Notes under the pieces: generated by a model
The model's input: the letters and a program-made list of their open reading frames with translations, nothing else
Databases searched by the model: none
What the model was told of the DNA's origin: nothing
Translations under genes and position numbers: made by a program
NCBI GenBank assembly: GCA_012295275.1
Contig: CM022671.1
Location: forward strand, 31,558,001-31,622,000
Direction of reading: 5' to 3'
DNA from: Chrysomallon squamiferum
Taxonomy: Eukaryota > Animalia > Mollusca
Length of the DNA stretch: 64,000 nt
Part shown: in pieces, positions 42,266 through 57,934 of the stretch
How the letters are laid out: the number at the start of each line of letters is the position of its first letter
Numbering within the stretch: the first letter of the stretch is position 1

Positions 42266-42380
42266 CACGTGAGTTTCCCACCCAAACTGTGTCACGTGAC
42301 AGGGCGAGACTGAGAGAATTAACAGCAGAACGCCCTCCCCTCTCTCTCTCTCTCGCGCGCGCTTTTTGACGCTGACGTCA
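42266..42380. promoter_or_regulatory. Motif cluster: E-box CACGTG, palindromic GTCACGTGAC, full CRE TGACGTCA
   Basis: CACGTG at 42266-42271, GTCACGTGAC at 42291-42300 and TGACGTCA at 42373-42380, with a CG-rich run between them. Confidence 0.4.
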
Positions 42381-43022
42381 CAGAAGTAATGAAATGTCTA
42401 ACAACGGGGGTGGTTTTCGGATCGTAACTGTAAGAGAGATACTGAAGTTAATAAAAAGCAAAAAAAAAAAAAAAAAAAAAATTCCCGTTTTTTCAGTGAT
42501 TATTATTTGTTTTTTTAAAGAAATACCTGTCTTTTGCTAAGCAAGTAATCTATTTAGATATTAACTCTCTGTTAATAATATAATCTGTGAAACGTTATTA
42601 TTAATAATAGTAGAAGTACTAGCGGTAGTGGTGGTAGTAGTAGTAGTAGTAGTACGTTTGTCCACCCGTCCACCCAACGATCCAGCCAGACAGCCACCCG
42701 TCTGTATTCTATCGATTACCTTCACCAAATCGTCCATCCATCCATACATTCATTCATTCATCCATTCTCTATCAATGCGTTCGTTCATCCATCCATTCCC
42801 CTGTGTCTGAATGCCACAATCCTAGTTCCACTGGAAAACAGCCAGGACAAGTCTGGGCAAATCCATACAGTTTCATTCAGTGTGTTCTTGATATCGGTTC
42901 TGTTTCAAATCAAAATAGTAGAATGACTTTTGAAATTATATTTAGAACGGTTGTTAAAAAACCTTAAAATCCGTTGTCCTTCTGTCTTCAATATTTGTTA
43001 TTTTATACATATGAATGTATCC

Positions 43023-43163
<141 letters not shown>

Positions 43164-44355
43164 CTAACAGATATTGTGATGGATTTTAAATTACTGACGT
43201 ACATTTTGTTTCTTTTCACAAACGTATTTGTCTTTGTAGTTCCTCTCAGAATATCTGTTGCTGAATTATTTCTTGTTTAAAAATTATATCTTCATCTTTA
43301 ACAATATGTTTTAAATATATATATATACACATAATTCATACACTGGCGTGAAGGGCGTTTCTTTGGTCTCGTGTTTAATAAAACAAACTGTAAGGAGGGT
43401 CGGCGTAATAACGAAGTCGCATATCGAAAGAGCATCGCCGAGTTTATTTATTTGTCAACTCGCTCGGAGAATCAGGCAGAGCTTATTTTCATCTTGAAGC
43501 TGTTCTACCTACACTGTTGTATTGACGTTTTAAGTGGGCTTATTGACTCAGACAACACAAACCAGAGAAATCTAAACACGCGGCCGTCGCCAACTTCTAA
43601 AATTAGTACGTCGACACAAGGGTGGCAGCGGTGCGCTTAAAGCGGGGGAGGAGAATGTTTGGTTGTCTTTGCGCGAGCAAAAACCGCTGTATCGTGCGTG
43701 CGACTTGCTCGAGCGCTTGTCGTTTCTTTCCGAAACATTATCTCACACACACGTGTTTACAGATCTTTTCAAATTACTGGGTAATGCTAAACACATTGGC
43801 CTTTTCTTTACTCTCTTTCTCATTCTCTGTTGTTTTTTTTGTTTTTTTTCCACCTTCGTATTTTACTGAAAGAATACGGAGATTTGACGTCATTTCGTTA
43901 TGATACAAAACACTTGCCGAATTTTTCTCTCGGAAATTGTCGGTTTGCTGTTAAAATTTATATGAAAAAAAGAATAAATAAAAAAATTGTCATAAATAAA
44001 AAAAAATTCTGCCACGATTAAGATAAAAGTTAGAGATTTTCAGCATTTGTAATAATAACCTTCTGCTGGATACCGTAGTATCAGCGTTAGCTAAAAATAG
44101 TCGTTGTGGTATCAGTACTAAAAGTAACAGTCAAAGCAGTAAAAATAATAGTTGTAACAGTAGTACAAGAAGACTTGAAAGCTGCAATCTCAGGAACAGT
44201 AAATGCCAGTCATTGATAATCCTTAGCAAGACTTCACACGCTTGAACTGCACTGAAAAATAACACTAATTAATTCTGTATCGCTGGCGATTACCTCGTGT
44301 CTGTTACTTGTGCTTTCAACACAAAAAAAAAAAAAAAAAAAAAAAAAAAGAAAGA

Positions 44356-44386
<31 letters not shown>

Positions 44387-45042
44387 GGAAAGAAAGAAAA
44401 TCGGAGAAACCGACAGAAAGACAAGAAACTAATATTACCATTCAAATTTTATTTTAAATCGCTTTGTATTCAAGCGGTATCAACAAGCCACGCATTGGCT
44501 ACAAAACGAACTGTCGGTAACGCCACTAATAAAATAAAATAAAATAAAATAAAATAAAATAAAATAAAATAAAATAAAATAAAAAAATCGTGTGTGGCAT
44601 TCGTCATAACAAAGAATTCACCTCGAAAAAGACATGCAGCGTTTTGCACGGGTCAGTTTGTGCGCGGGGTATTTAACTTTCTATCCACGCGATTTGCAAC
44701 AATTAGCCACCGCATGTGTCCTTGTTGTAATTCGTCTGTTTGTTGTGTGTCTTCTTTCTCTTCATCTGCGTCGGCTACGTCTGGCCCGACAGGACAGTTA
44801 AGCCGACGTGCGTGACGTTTCGGTCGCCGTCGTGTTGACCCAATGTCGTCGACAACGCCGATGTCAGACAGTGTCGTGTTGGAAAGTTGGTGCTCATCGT
44901 TGAAAATCGCAGGTGAAAATCTGAAACTGAGATATCAAGTTGCAACAGTTGTGAAAATATTTTTGTATTCTCCGCCATTATTATTGTTATTTCTATTACT
45001 ACTACTACCACTTTCTATTACTACTACTACTACTACTACTAT

Positions 45043-45075
<33 letters not shown>

Positions 45076-46861
45076 CATTACTACTATTACTACTACTTCT
45101 CTACTACTACTACTATGACTACGACTATTACTACTACTGTTACTACTACTACTACTACTGCTGTTACTATTATTATTATTATTACTGCTACTGTTACAAC
45201 ATCAACAACAACAACTTCGTTATTTTTACTATTAGTAGTAGTAGTGGTAGTAGTAGTAGTAGTAGTAGTAGTAGTATTTAAACTTATCTGCTTCTGCTTT
45301 TGTCACTACTGATACTCAAGACGAAGTATTGTTCATGTTTATTTTTTATAACATGTTTTGACGTGGTGATATTATAACTGTATGTATCTGTCTGTCTGTG
45401 TGCGTGCGTGTGTGTGTGTCTGTCTGTGTGTCTGTAAGTCGATAAATAGTTCTAGTTTGTGGCCACCAGTGAACGAAATCTTTGTCAACTGTTGATACAA
45501 AGCAATCAAGGTAATGGTTACGAAATATTTCTTGTATTATTACTGTCTTTACTTTTATTTCTTTATTTATTTGGTTCATTTTTTTTTTCCTTGACCCTTG
45601 ACTATGGTTCCAATATTTAAAAAAACAAAACAACAAAAAACAACAACAAAAAATCACTACAATGTAACTAACTACGTCTTCGTCACAGCAAGCGGCTACC
45701 AATGAGTGATCACTGTGGAAATCCGTGCCTGGCAATTCGCTAAAAAAAAAAAAAAAACAGACGAGAGCCTGTGACACACAAAACAATTTGTTTTGTCGAC
45801 GTGTTTATCTTTCCTCCTTCGGGCCATCCAGCTTCCAGGCGGGTAAGATTAATTTTTTTTTTTTTTTTTTCAGAAATAAACTTGCTTTATCCTTTCTTGG
45901 CTTACCTGGCTGTTAATAAGCGAGTTAATTTACCGGCCTGTCGGGGTGTTTGAAGATTAACTCTGACGGGTGGAAGAGACGGCTAGCCTAAGCCTCGCTC
46001 TGGTGGCTGTTTTGTGTTGATTACGAAAGCCTCCCACTGCCAACCTCTTTAGGCTTTGTTGAACAACACATTAAATGTGTTTTTCTCGCCCACGTATACA
46101 GGTCAGTTATTCGACAGATGGCCACATAGGGAAACGTGTGGCTAACTTACAAAGAGACAAGGAAACAAATGCATACATATATATTTGTATATATATATAT
46201 TTGTTTATTTATATGAGGCTATTGATATAATTCATCGCCCCTCTTTGATTTTGGTAAGCGTAGGAGGAAGTGTTATATAAATAAATAAAGTATTTTTAAC
46301 CGAAGAAGCAATAAAATTGTATTGATATGAATATTATTGGTGGGGATTTTTTCTTCTCTTTTTGTTGTTGTTGTTGCTGTTTGTACGGATTTCGTAAAAG
46401 GAGTAAATACATTTAGTTACTGTTAAGTTACTAAAATGGTATTAAAAATATGTTCCGTCATAATTTTTGTTATCTTCGATTTAACGATGGAAGAAAATTA
46501 ATTTACAATTGGATGGGTTTTTTTTTTTCATACTCTGTTAACGATTAAATGTAAGCAAATAAAATGTTACCGATAACACTTATTTAATAAATTTAAAAAA
46601 AATATACACACACACAGACACACACACACACAGAATCTAAGAAAATAGAGAGTGCTTTGAAGGGACTAGATCATGCGTCTTTGAGGTTCGGACGACAACT
46701 CTGTTAACGTGTTAATTCTTTAATGACCAGTGAACCCACTGAGTGCAAACATTTTAAACTGAATAGGTACTGAAAAGTTTAATACAGATTTCTTTTAATT
46801 TATTTATGTATTAATTATTATTATTAGTAGTAGTAGTGGTAGTAGTAGTAGTAGTGGTAGC

Positions 46862-46893
<32 letters not shown>

Positions 46894-46978
46894 AAGTAGT
46901 AGTAGAAGTAGTAGTATTTAAGTATTTATTTTTTGTTTGTTTGTTTCTTATTTATTTGTTTATTTATTTATTTATTTA

Positions 46979-47022
<44 letters not shown>

Positions 47023-47047
47023 TTTATTATTATTATTATTATATATA

Positions 47048-47121
<74 letters not shown>

Positions 47122-47778
47122 TCTTATAAAGTCAAAATTGTTTTTACACGTTGCTGCGTTACTCATATAAACCACTGATAAGTCCGAATTGGTGCCATTT
47201 TGTTATGGACTTTAAAGGATTAAGTCGACCAGTCACTGGTTTCTCTCTCTGAGAACGTGCAAGGTCACCAGAGTTTTTCATCATGTTTCAGTTGTCCTTT
47301 CACTTTGTTTTATTCGTTGATTCCGTTTAATTATACATTACATGGAATGGGAATAAATAAAAATCAACAATTTTATATCTAATGACTTATATGTATGTAT
47401 ATACATAAGTCTCTAAGTCTGTCTGTATGTATGTTTGTATGCATGCATGCATGTTAGTATGTGTGTGTGTATATTTGTTAATATAATGAAAGGTTTCAAA
47501 ATATATTTCAAGAATAAATCTGGGTCACACTGTTCCACGACCACAGGCACACATAAAAAAAAAAAAAAGAAGTAAAAAATAAAATTATAAAAGGAAACAA
47601 AAGGTATTTAAATATGACGACTCTGATAACTCAATTTAGTACTTAAATAACCACAATGCTAGTTTCGTGATTAACAGGAATAAATAACGTAACTGTCAGT
47701 CAGTTATTTTCAACTAACCATGAAGTAATTCCACTGTGCTTAGACTTAGGTTACTAACTAGAAACAGCACGAAAATAC

Positions 47779-48189
<411 letters not shown>

Positions 48190-48194
48190 GATTT

Positions 48195-48289
48195 CTATCT
48201 CTCTTTCTCTTTGTCTCTCTATTTATCTATCTTAAATTAGTCTGACAGTCAGACTATTTTAAGATAGAGAGAAAAAGAGAAAGAGATAG
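48195..48289. repeat. Fold-back inverted repeat centred on 48247
   Basis: tctatcttaaattagtctgac-a-gtcagactattttaagataga forms a 21-bp stem with 1 mismatch, extended by CT-rich and GA-rich arms after a bulge. Confidence 0.85.
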
Positions 48290-48705
48290 TAAGTCTGTCT
48301 GACTGTCTGCTGTCTGCTGTCTCTATATCTATCTGTCCATCTATCTATCTATTAGTCTATCTGTTTGTCTGTCTGACTGTCTAATCTGTTTACCTTTCTA
48401 TATGTCTGTCTGTCACTCTTGTCTCTAAGTATAGACATTAAATTAACTTTCTCATGTGGTTCTTTATTCTCTTGCTCAATTGTTGTTGTTGTTTTTTAAA
48501 TTTTTCCTTCCTTGAATAGTTTATTCAGTTTTGTTAATTTCTGTAGCATTTTATTTTACCATTTCTGTCTTTAATCACTTCTTTCTATCATATTTCTATT
48601 TTTTTTTTTTTTTTTATTATTATTTTTTTTTTTTTTTTTTTTTTTTGCATTTTGTATCTATTAATTTTTGTTGACTTTGTATTTTTCTTCTTTCATTTTG
48701 TTTAA

Positions 48706-48745
<40 letters not shown>

Positions 48746-49571
48746 ATTTATTAATTTCTGTGATGTGGTCGTTGTCATTGTGTATTTGTTAATGTTGTTT
48801 TAATATTTATGACTTTGGCGCGATATTAACTGTTTGCTTATCTGCACAATAAATATCCGTCAACAAAGGAAAAAAATATATATAAAATTCACTTTTAAAA
48901 CGCCATTTGTAACAAATTTTTTTCTTTTGCTACATATTTAAAATACTTTTTTAAACAAATCTCGAAAATTAACTTTGGTTTAAAAAAAAAAATTATAATA
49001 ATAATAATAATAAAGTAAACACGAAAAAAAGAAAGAAAGAAGATTTTGCTATTACTACTACTACAAAAATAATTACTAGTACTACTACTACTACTAAGAA
49101 TAATAATAATAATAACAAGAAGAAGAAGAAGGATTATTATTATGATTGTGATTATTATTATTGTTGTTATTATTATTATTATTGTTGTTATTATCATTAT
49201 TATTATTATTGTTGTTGTTGTTGTTGGTGTTGTTTTTGTTATTATTATTAATATTATTATTATTGTTATTGTTATTGTTATTATAAATACATAAATGTAA
49301 TAGTGGTTGGAGGGTGTTGTGCAGTTATTTTGACTGTAATTTATTTATTTAATCCATTTCTCAGCTTTGAATGATAGATACTGAAATAATAAGCAGCTAA
49401 CAAAGAAAATCTTTGTTGACATCTTATTAACCTTTTAACATAATTATGTGTAAAATTCTACTTAAGTGGGTTTTTAGTTTTTATTGTTGTTTACTTTTTC
49501 ACTTTCTTTCAGTTTCTTAATTATTTTTTGTAATAATAGATGAATATTTTTTCTTAAAATTTTAATTAAAT

Positions 49572-49614
<43 letters not shown>

Positions 49615-49997
49615 TTGTATCTATTACTATTTATTTCAATGTTTCGTCTTTATTTGTTAATTTTATTTTTCAATTTATTCTTTGGGAGTCAAGTCATATT
49701 TTATTTTTGTTTATATATCTGTCGCTTTTATAGGTTTTTGTTAAATCTGGATATACTTAGATTCACAAACTTTGTATTTATTTTTATTTTTTATGTCATT
49801 GAAATATTTGGAAATCATTTCTCAAGAGAATTATCATAAATAAATTCATGCGACTTTGTAATTATCAGTTATTCATCATCTATTTATGAATTTATGAACA
49901 AAATAATTTTCTGTTTTGAATAGTATTATTCATAATATAAGTAATATAAATTAAGAAAGTATTTGGTTTTACGATTTTTTTTGGGGGGGTTTAAATT

Positions 49998-50061
<64 letters not shown>

Positions 50062-50237
50062 TGATGATGATATAAAATAACACTGTCAACAACAAAAAAA
50101 CAGTGAACACATCAGAAGAAATAATTTAGTTTAATAAAAAATTAATTATTTAATTCTCGACATAGAAAGTAAATTAGTTATGACCATGATTAAAATGAAC
50201 AAAAACATAAAATAAAATAAATAAATAATACATCACA

Positions 50238-50283
<46 letters not shown>

Positions 50284-50435
50284 TCCGTTGAATAAATATT
50301 CTTTAAAAAATAAAAATAAATAAATAAACAAATTTCCTTAATAAATAAATTTTTGTTCATATGTTTAGCAATATTAAAAATCACACATCCACATCATAAA
50401 CATTCTTATTACAATTTGGTCGTTTTGTTGTTGCT

Positions 50436-50468
<33 letters not shown>

Positions 50469-51206
50469 GTTTGTTTCATCAATGATTTACGCTTAGCAGA
50501 AGAAAAAAAATTAAAATAAAATAAAAGAAGAAATATTTAAAAGCTCCGAAACACAGCAAAGAACAGCAAATTCTACTGCATAATGAACAAACACGATACT
50601 CATAAATTTCTTCATGCAGAAATGGCCTGCGTGGGAACAAGCGAAGGTCGCATTTCACATTTGTGTTTGGCTGAAATCGATCGTTGTTTAAAATCGAAAA
50701 TAATATATGTCATGAATGCAAATGTATATGCAGGGGTCCGAATGATGAATGTTTTTTTTCTTCTTTTTTTTTTCTTTTTTTTTTTTTTTTTTTTAAGCCC
50801 CTGTCTGTCAAACAAGGTTTTTGGATCCGAAACAAAGTGAGAAAAAAGAGAAAGAGAAAGACAAATGGAAGAAGAAGAAGGGGTGGTGGTGAGTGAAATA
50901 CATATATGCAAATATGTAAAATACAACAGCGGCTGTCGTGTCTATTTTGAAAGCACATCATAAAATGTTTCAAAATACATATTTAATGAACGTTTGTTTT
51001 ATAAACACTTTTTTATTTTATTTTATTTTATTTTTTATTTTGTTATTTTTTATTTTGTTATTTTTTATTTTGACGATATAAAGAAAAAGGAAGAAATCAA
51101 AATATGCGCTTGAAAAAAGTTCTGACAGAAATTAAAGGTTTAGTTTTATTTCTGTATGTATGTATGTCTGTATGTGTGTATGTATGTATGAATGTATGTA
51201 TGTGTA

Positions 51207-51242
<36 letters not shown>

Positions 51243-51457
51243 TGTATGTATGTATGCTTGTATGTGTCTTTATGTATGTATGTATGTATCTATGTGTATG
51301 TATGTATGAATGTATGAATGTAAGTATGTGTATGTATGTCTGTACAGGTACTATATGTATGTAAACACATAGATGGTTTCATGAAATACTTTAGCACTCT
51401 TATTTCGACGCAATCTGATTTTTAATACTCTTTTTTCCTTAAAAGGAAAACTAAGTG

Positions 51458-51500
<43 letters not shown>

Positions 51501-51965
51501 GATGGAAAGTGAGAAAGAAAAAAGATAAAAAAATCGCAAGTAAAGAAATAAATGTCTGACGGTTTGTCTTCCTGTCTGCCTGTTTGTCTGTGTGTTAAAG
51601 TTATGACCTCTTAATGAACCGTTTAGTTGTGGTATCAGGTATTTCACTTTCTTTTATTTATTTACTTTTTTAAAAAACATGCCCGTTTAGTATTTCTATT
51701 TCTTCTTCTTCTTCTCATTTTTTTTTTTTTTTTTTTTTTTTTAATTTCATTCATGTATATACTGTGTGTCTGAGTGTGTGTTATTTTAAATAAATAGTTC
51801 TTTTAAAATAAAGATTATTTTTCAAAGCCTGCTAAAAGAACGCGCTTAATGCTTGCTAGTGTTTTCAAATTTTAAAATAACAGAAAATCTGTTTGTAGGA
51901 TTCAAAATATATCAATACTATTGAGTGTAACAAAGCTCAGTACCGAACAAAAATTTATAAAATAA

Positions 51966-52019
<54 letters not shown>

Positions 52020-52133
52020 TAATAACAATAATAAAAATAACAATAATAATAATAATAATTAAAACAAAAAAGGTATAATAAAATAATAATAGTAGTAGTA
52101 ATAGTAGTAGCAGTTGTAGTAGTAGTAGTAGTA

Positions 52134-52210
<77 letters not shown>

Positions 52211-53430
52211 AATAAATAAATAAAAAATCCATGTAACCATCACTTATGGCTTGTAAAAAATACATTAAGAGCAAACAGATTAGTGATAACCATTACTTTA
52301 ATTACGTTAATCCGCTTTTTGACGAAAAATCAGGACGATTCTTTCAGCGTTTGCAATGAATCTCACATGAATGTAGCTTGGTTATATCCATGTATGTTTA
52401 GTAGTAGTAGAAGAATTAGTATTAGTATTATTAACATTATCTCGTTGCTATTGTATTATTATTTTTAAGTAGTAGAAACAGATGTAGCAATAGTAATAAT
52501 GGTGCCTGTAGTAACAGTAGTTGTAGAGGTCGTTGTATCAGTGGCAGACGTAGTAATAATAATAGTAGTAGTAATTTAATTTTATTTGTCGTCTGTGTAA
52601 AATATTAACAAGGAAAGATAAACATAAGGAAAATTAAATCACTAAAGAAAGAAGAATCAAAAACAAAACGAAGACATAATAACACATAATAGTTTAATAA
52701 ACTCTAATACAGCCTGCTTCGGAAATATTCTGTTTTGTAAAACACACAATGTGGATATCATCACGTGTGAAATTTATTAAACATTGAAAACAATCTCTCT
52801 CGCAATGACGTCAGTATTTCTACGCATTTTATGTCCAACAACACCTTTTTAAACAAAATAACATTTTTTTTTTTTTTTTTTTTTTTTTCTTTCATTCTTA
52901 ACAATAATTACACGTGCATGTTCTCTAACCAAAACGAGAGCTGAAAACAAGATCATGAAAGCAATTTTCCTTTACAAGTTTCTGGAAACACACCGTATCA
53001 ATTAGGAACTGTAAACAGATGCTTTGTATGGATTCGGGTTCGAATCGCGGGGGTGGTGTTGTTTTCGTTTGGGCCACATGTTTGGTTATTACAATTTAAA
53101 GCTCTCATTTACTCGAAAGAAAACATAATCGTAAACTGCAGCTGCTTTGCAAATGTAATGCGACAGAAGCGTGTTTCGCATACATCTTGACATTTTACGA
53201 CTATCAGACTGTGGTCGAAATGGGGTGACATTTGTTACAAGACTTGTTTTTACCTTTTACTAAATGCAATCTATATAATGAATATTTTATTGATGACAGA
53301 ACTTAAAAAACTTAAAGAACTTAAAAAAAAAAAAATAACCAAAATAAACAAACAAAATGATAATTGATGCATTTTTCATAAATTTCCTGGTTCAAGAAAA
53401 GATTGACCAATTGTTTTAGAAGACTCAAAG

Positions 53431-53487
53431 CCATTATAGAATGATAGATTACCTCGTTTAACCATTATAGAATGATAGATACCTTCG
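53431..53487. repeat. 31-bp tandem duplication
   Basis: ccattatagaatgatagat occurs twice (53431, 53462). Confidence 0.85.
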
Positions 53488-53661
53488 TCGGCGTAGGTAG
53501 TAAAAAAAAACAAGTAATAACTTTTCATTTATTTATTAACTGATTAACTTATTTACATGTGTACGTATTTACTTATTAATTTTTTTTAATTTTATTAAAT
53601 TTTATTTTATTTTATTCGTTTGTTTCTAAATCAATTTTTCAGTCAGTAGTTATTATTATTA

Positions 53662-53702
<41 letters not shown>

Positions 53703-54153
53703 TAGATTTTAAAAAAATATACAGATTGTTGAGAAAAAAAATATATATTTTTACAATATATTAGAATAAATATATCAGTTGAGCTCAAAAATAACATTTT
53801 GAAAAATAAAATAAAAGTAATGTAATATAATATTAAAATATTTTCCATGTGTTTTATTAATAATATTTCACAGAACCTGGCTCGTTAATTAAATGCCGAC
53901 GCTATAACCACAAATAAATAATTTTCCTTTATTACTTTATTTTTTTTTATTATTATTTTTTTAAAAACATCCATTTTTGCCTCGGGGAGTTTTACGTAAT
54001 GCGGCTCGAGCAGTCACCTACATACGTACGTAGCTCAGTCAACTTCCTTATATTGATATCACGCGCAGACTTTCTGGTCAAAAACTAGCGCCTGAAATTT
54101 AGCCGATAGGTCGTAATTTTATTATTCATATTTATTTATACATATACTTTTTA

Positions 54154-54253
54154 AGGTATCGGTCAAAAACTGGAGTTAAAAATTATTTGTTTTCATGCAA
54201 ATCGATGAAAGGCATCGGTCAAAAATTGATATTAAATTATGTGTTTCCATGCA
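54154..54253. repeat. Diverged ~56-bp tandem duplication
   Basis: aggtatcggtcaaaaactggagttaaaaattatttgttttcatgca versus aggcatcggtcaaaaattgatattaaattatgtgtttccatgca. A partial third ggtcaaaaact lies near 54076. Confidence 0.75.
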
Positions 54254-54313
54254 TTTCCTGTTGTCGTTTTATCTTACGTCATAGCGAGATTCCAAATGGA
54301 ATTGGTGTAGATA

Positions 54314-54356
<43 letters not shown>

Positions 54357-54821
54357 ATGTGTGTTTACATATATGTATGTATAAATGTGTGTGTGTGTAA
54401 CTATAATTATTAATGACAATTTATTTTTAATCTACTATTACTAATTTATTATTATTGTTATTGCTTTTGTTATTATTACTGTTAACATTATTAATAATAA
54501 TATTATTATGATCATCATTCTCATTACTACTACTACTACTACTGTTATATAAAAACCTTCTGTTTCACTGATATAAAAGCATTACTTCGAGCGATCCCAG
54601 GTGATCGCGTGGTTGAGTCGCGTGTCACTAAAACACGAGCCCTCGGGTTTTTCACGATGTGCGAGTGAAAACTTAGGATAACACGAAGTAGCTTCAAGCA
54701 CTGCTTCCTCTAACGCGATCGAGACACCAATCTGCTCGTAAATCAGCCAACAGCCCAATTTTCCCATCATTTTAAACGTGACAATAACCCAAGACATAAA
54801 AAGATAAAACACATTAAAAAG

Positions 54822-54862
<41 letters not shown>

Positions 54863-54983
54863 AAAAAAAGAATGCAGAGTTTCACAATAAAATATTTTAT
54901 TCAAATAGTGTTTTGCTTTCTTGAATAATGTGCCCATAGAAGAAAGAAAGAAAGAAAGGAAGAAAGAAAACTCAGATAAAAAG

Positions 54984-55072
<89 letters not shown>

Positions 55073-55529
55073 AGTTATTCTTTGAGAACCTGAGTATCGC
55101 CAACGGCATTTGCTTTCTTAAAAACTAGTCGACGTCAAAGGTTTTGCTAATCGTTTGCCCAACAAGAGGGCAGCACCGTTTAGATTGCCAGCCTCCGATA
55201 GGAAGTCAATTAAAACACGGCGCACAATTAACGTCTGGAAAGCAACGTGTCATGATAAGTGACTTCTCACTGATTCTTTATCGTGCCACGCTCCATTACT
55301 CACAGAGAAACACCCCCCTCCCGTAAACACGAACTGCGTCGACATTTCACATCTCTCACTCTCTGTGAATACTGTCTGTCATCCTCTCTCATTCTGTGAA
55401 TCTTTTCTTCTCGTTTTCTCTAATTGTCTCTCTCTTCTATATCCTTCTCGCTAGACAGTCTCTCCCATTCATTGTTTCAATCTTCACATCTTTATTATAT
55501 TTTTTTTGTCACAGTAAATACACAATCAC

Positions 55530-55577
<48 letters not shown>

Positions 55578-56208
55578 ATGTATGTATGTATGTATGTATA
55601 TATCAGTGTCTTTGTATGTCTACCTGTCTGTCACTCATACACACATACGTGCGAACACTTAGTCTTTTATGTTTATAAACATACACATACACTCATATAT
55701 ATATATATATATATATTTTTTTTTTTTATTTTTTTTTTTTCCTTCAGCCCAGTTACACTCTATAAAAAGAAAATATTTCATTTTCACCGTCTATTAAATC
55801 CTCGGGGAATTTCCGGCGTTTCATTTCTGTAAAGTGATTTAAAATAACATCAAGGGCTTACGAGATATGTTTTATATCTTAAATGGGCTAAACAAAAAGG
55901 CAATAAAATCTGCATATGATCAGTGTATATTTTCTTCTTCTTCTTCTTTTTTTTTTAAATTTTTTTTACGCACATTAATTTTTGTTTGTATTCTCAAGAT
56001 GAAGGAAATAAGACGACAGCGACAACGACAGTCACTGACATCAACAACAACAACAACAGCAACAATAATAATTTTAACAGTCAGAACAAAATAATAAAAA
56101 GATAATTAAATAAATACTACAGCTTTGTGTATGACTCACACATGCAGACACACTGAAACACAAGGCTGTTTAATATATTCATTTTTAACTTAATTAAAAA
56201 AAGTTTTA

Positions 56209-56250
<42 letters not shown>

Positions 56251-56357
56251 TTTTTATATACATAATACAATTTAAATACAAAATAATAATAATACGATAA
56301 AGAATAACAAATGAAAATAAAAGTTAAAAAAAGATAAAAGAAACCAGTTTTATCTAC

Positions 56358-56486
56358 AATTCAATTTAAATAATAAAAATAAAAGAAAGAATAATAAGAA
56401 AAATAATCCAATACTAGCTTTAATTCAATTTAAATAATAAAAATAAGAGAAGGAATAACAATTAAAAAAAAAATCCAATATTGCTT
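56358..56486. repeat. Diverged ~64-bp tandem duplication
   Basis: aattcaatttaaataataaaaataa...aatccaata occurs twice. Confidence 0.7.
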
Positions 56487-57753
56487 CTTTTTTATATATA
56501 TATATTTTTTTATTATTATTATTATTATTCATCAAAAGTGCCATACAAATACCTACAGTAGTTTGGGAGAGCACCTTATTATAAACAACTGCTTTAGATT
56601 TTAGATGAGTTAGAAAAACTTCAAACATAAAGCTGGATACACAGGTCGAAATTCTTGAACAAGTATGGCTCATTCAGCGCTCAGAAAACGCGCATGTCGG
56701 ACATAATACAGCATTCTCCACGCTTCGATGATTTTCAAAGGCGACAGATAATGCTGCTTTGGCGGTCTTCTTTGATGTTCGACTAGAATCGGCAACGATC
56801 GGTAAATGCAGTTTCGGTTAGATATACACGCTGCATTGCAAAGACAGTTTTAATGAGACGGCGAAGAAATACCTTGAGACCTTTTCTACTTCTTCTTTTG
56901 TTGCAAGCGAGACCTGCCGCTGGAAGTAATTTATCTCCGATTAGAGTTAGCTTCTCTTTAATAACTCTTATAAAATCAGATCATATCCTCTCAACCAAAA
57001 TTTATTTCTCTACCAGGCTGCGCTATAAAAAAAAAATCCCCGCTGAAAGGACATTCATACCACCAGTGTCGAAGATCGTTAAAAAAAAAAAAAAAAAAAA
57101 AAATTTAAGAAGGTAAGAAAAGAAGAAGAAAACCTTCTCCGAGGTGGCATAAGTAAACGTGAAGATTTGAGCGGACCAGGCCCAACCACCCAGTCATAAT
57201 GCGAGATTACATTCGTTGCTGGAGAGGCTGTTCGAACGACCAAGCACAGTAACACGAACACCTCTGTTCGACCATCGTTAAATGATTAATGGACCATATA
57301 TCTGCAACATCAGCGTCGCAGCAGGGAAAATAAAGCGTCGTAAAGGATTCCGCGACCTCGTCTCTACACGACTTTAAAATAGACACAGAAATGAATAAAA
57401 TAAATGATATCGCCATAAACGTGCGTTGTAAAACAATCGTAAAATATTTAATTTGCCCAATGAAGGAAGTCATGACTGAATGAAGCCGTCTCAAAATTTC
57501 ATGTCCGAATTTAGCGAGTAAATAAGAAAAAAAAAAAAAAAAACAGTTTAAAATAAATAATTAAAATTGGAAGAAGAAGAAGAAGAGTAGGAGTTGAAGG
57601 AGGAATAGGTAGAAGAAAAAGAAGAATATTTCTGCAGTAAATAATACTTTTAATAGACATATCAGTTATATTTCGATGATTTTTTTTTTTTTTTTTTTTT
57701 TTACTACTAATAAGAAATATTAGATTTTCTTCTTCTTCTTCTTCTTCTTCTTC

Positions 57754-57790
<37 letters not shown>

Positions 57791-57878
57791 CATCATCATC
57801 ATCATTATTGTAAAACCATGCCACACATAGAACGCAAATGAAATAACTTGTATACAGAAACGCACTTATTATTCTATT

Positions 57879-57934
<56 letters not shown>

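Noticed and set aside
53030-53060. GGTTCGAATC B-box-like motif (tRNA or SINE?)
   Set aside because: No A-box at proper spacing, no cloverleaf and no second copy seen.
54640-54678. Imperfect hairpin gtttttcac...gtgaaaac
   Set aside because: Short stem, compatible with chance and too short for a pre-miRNA.
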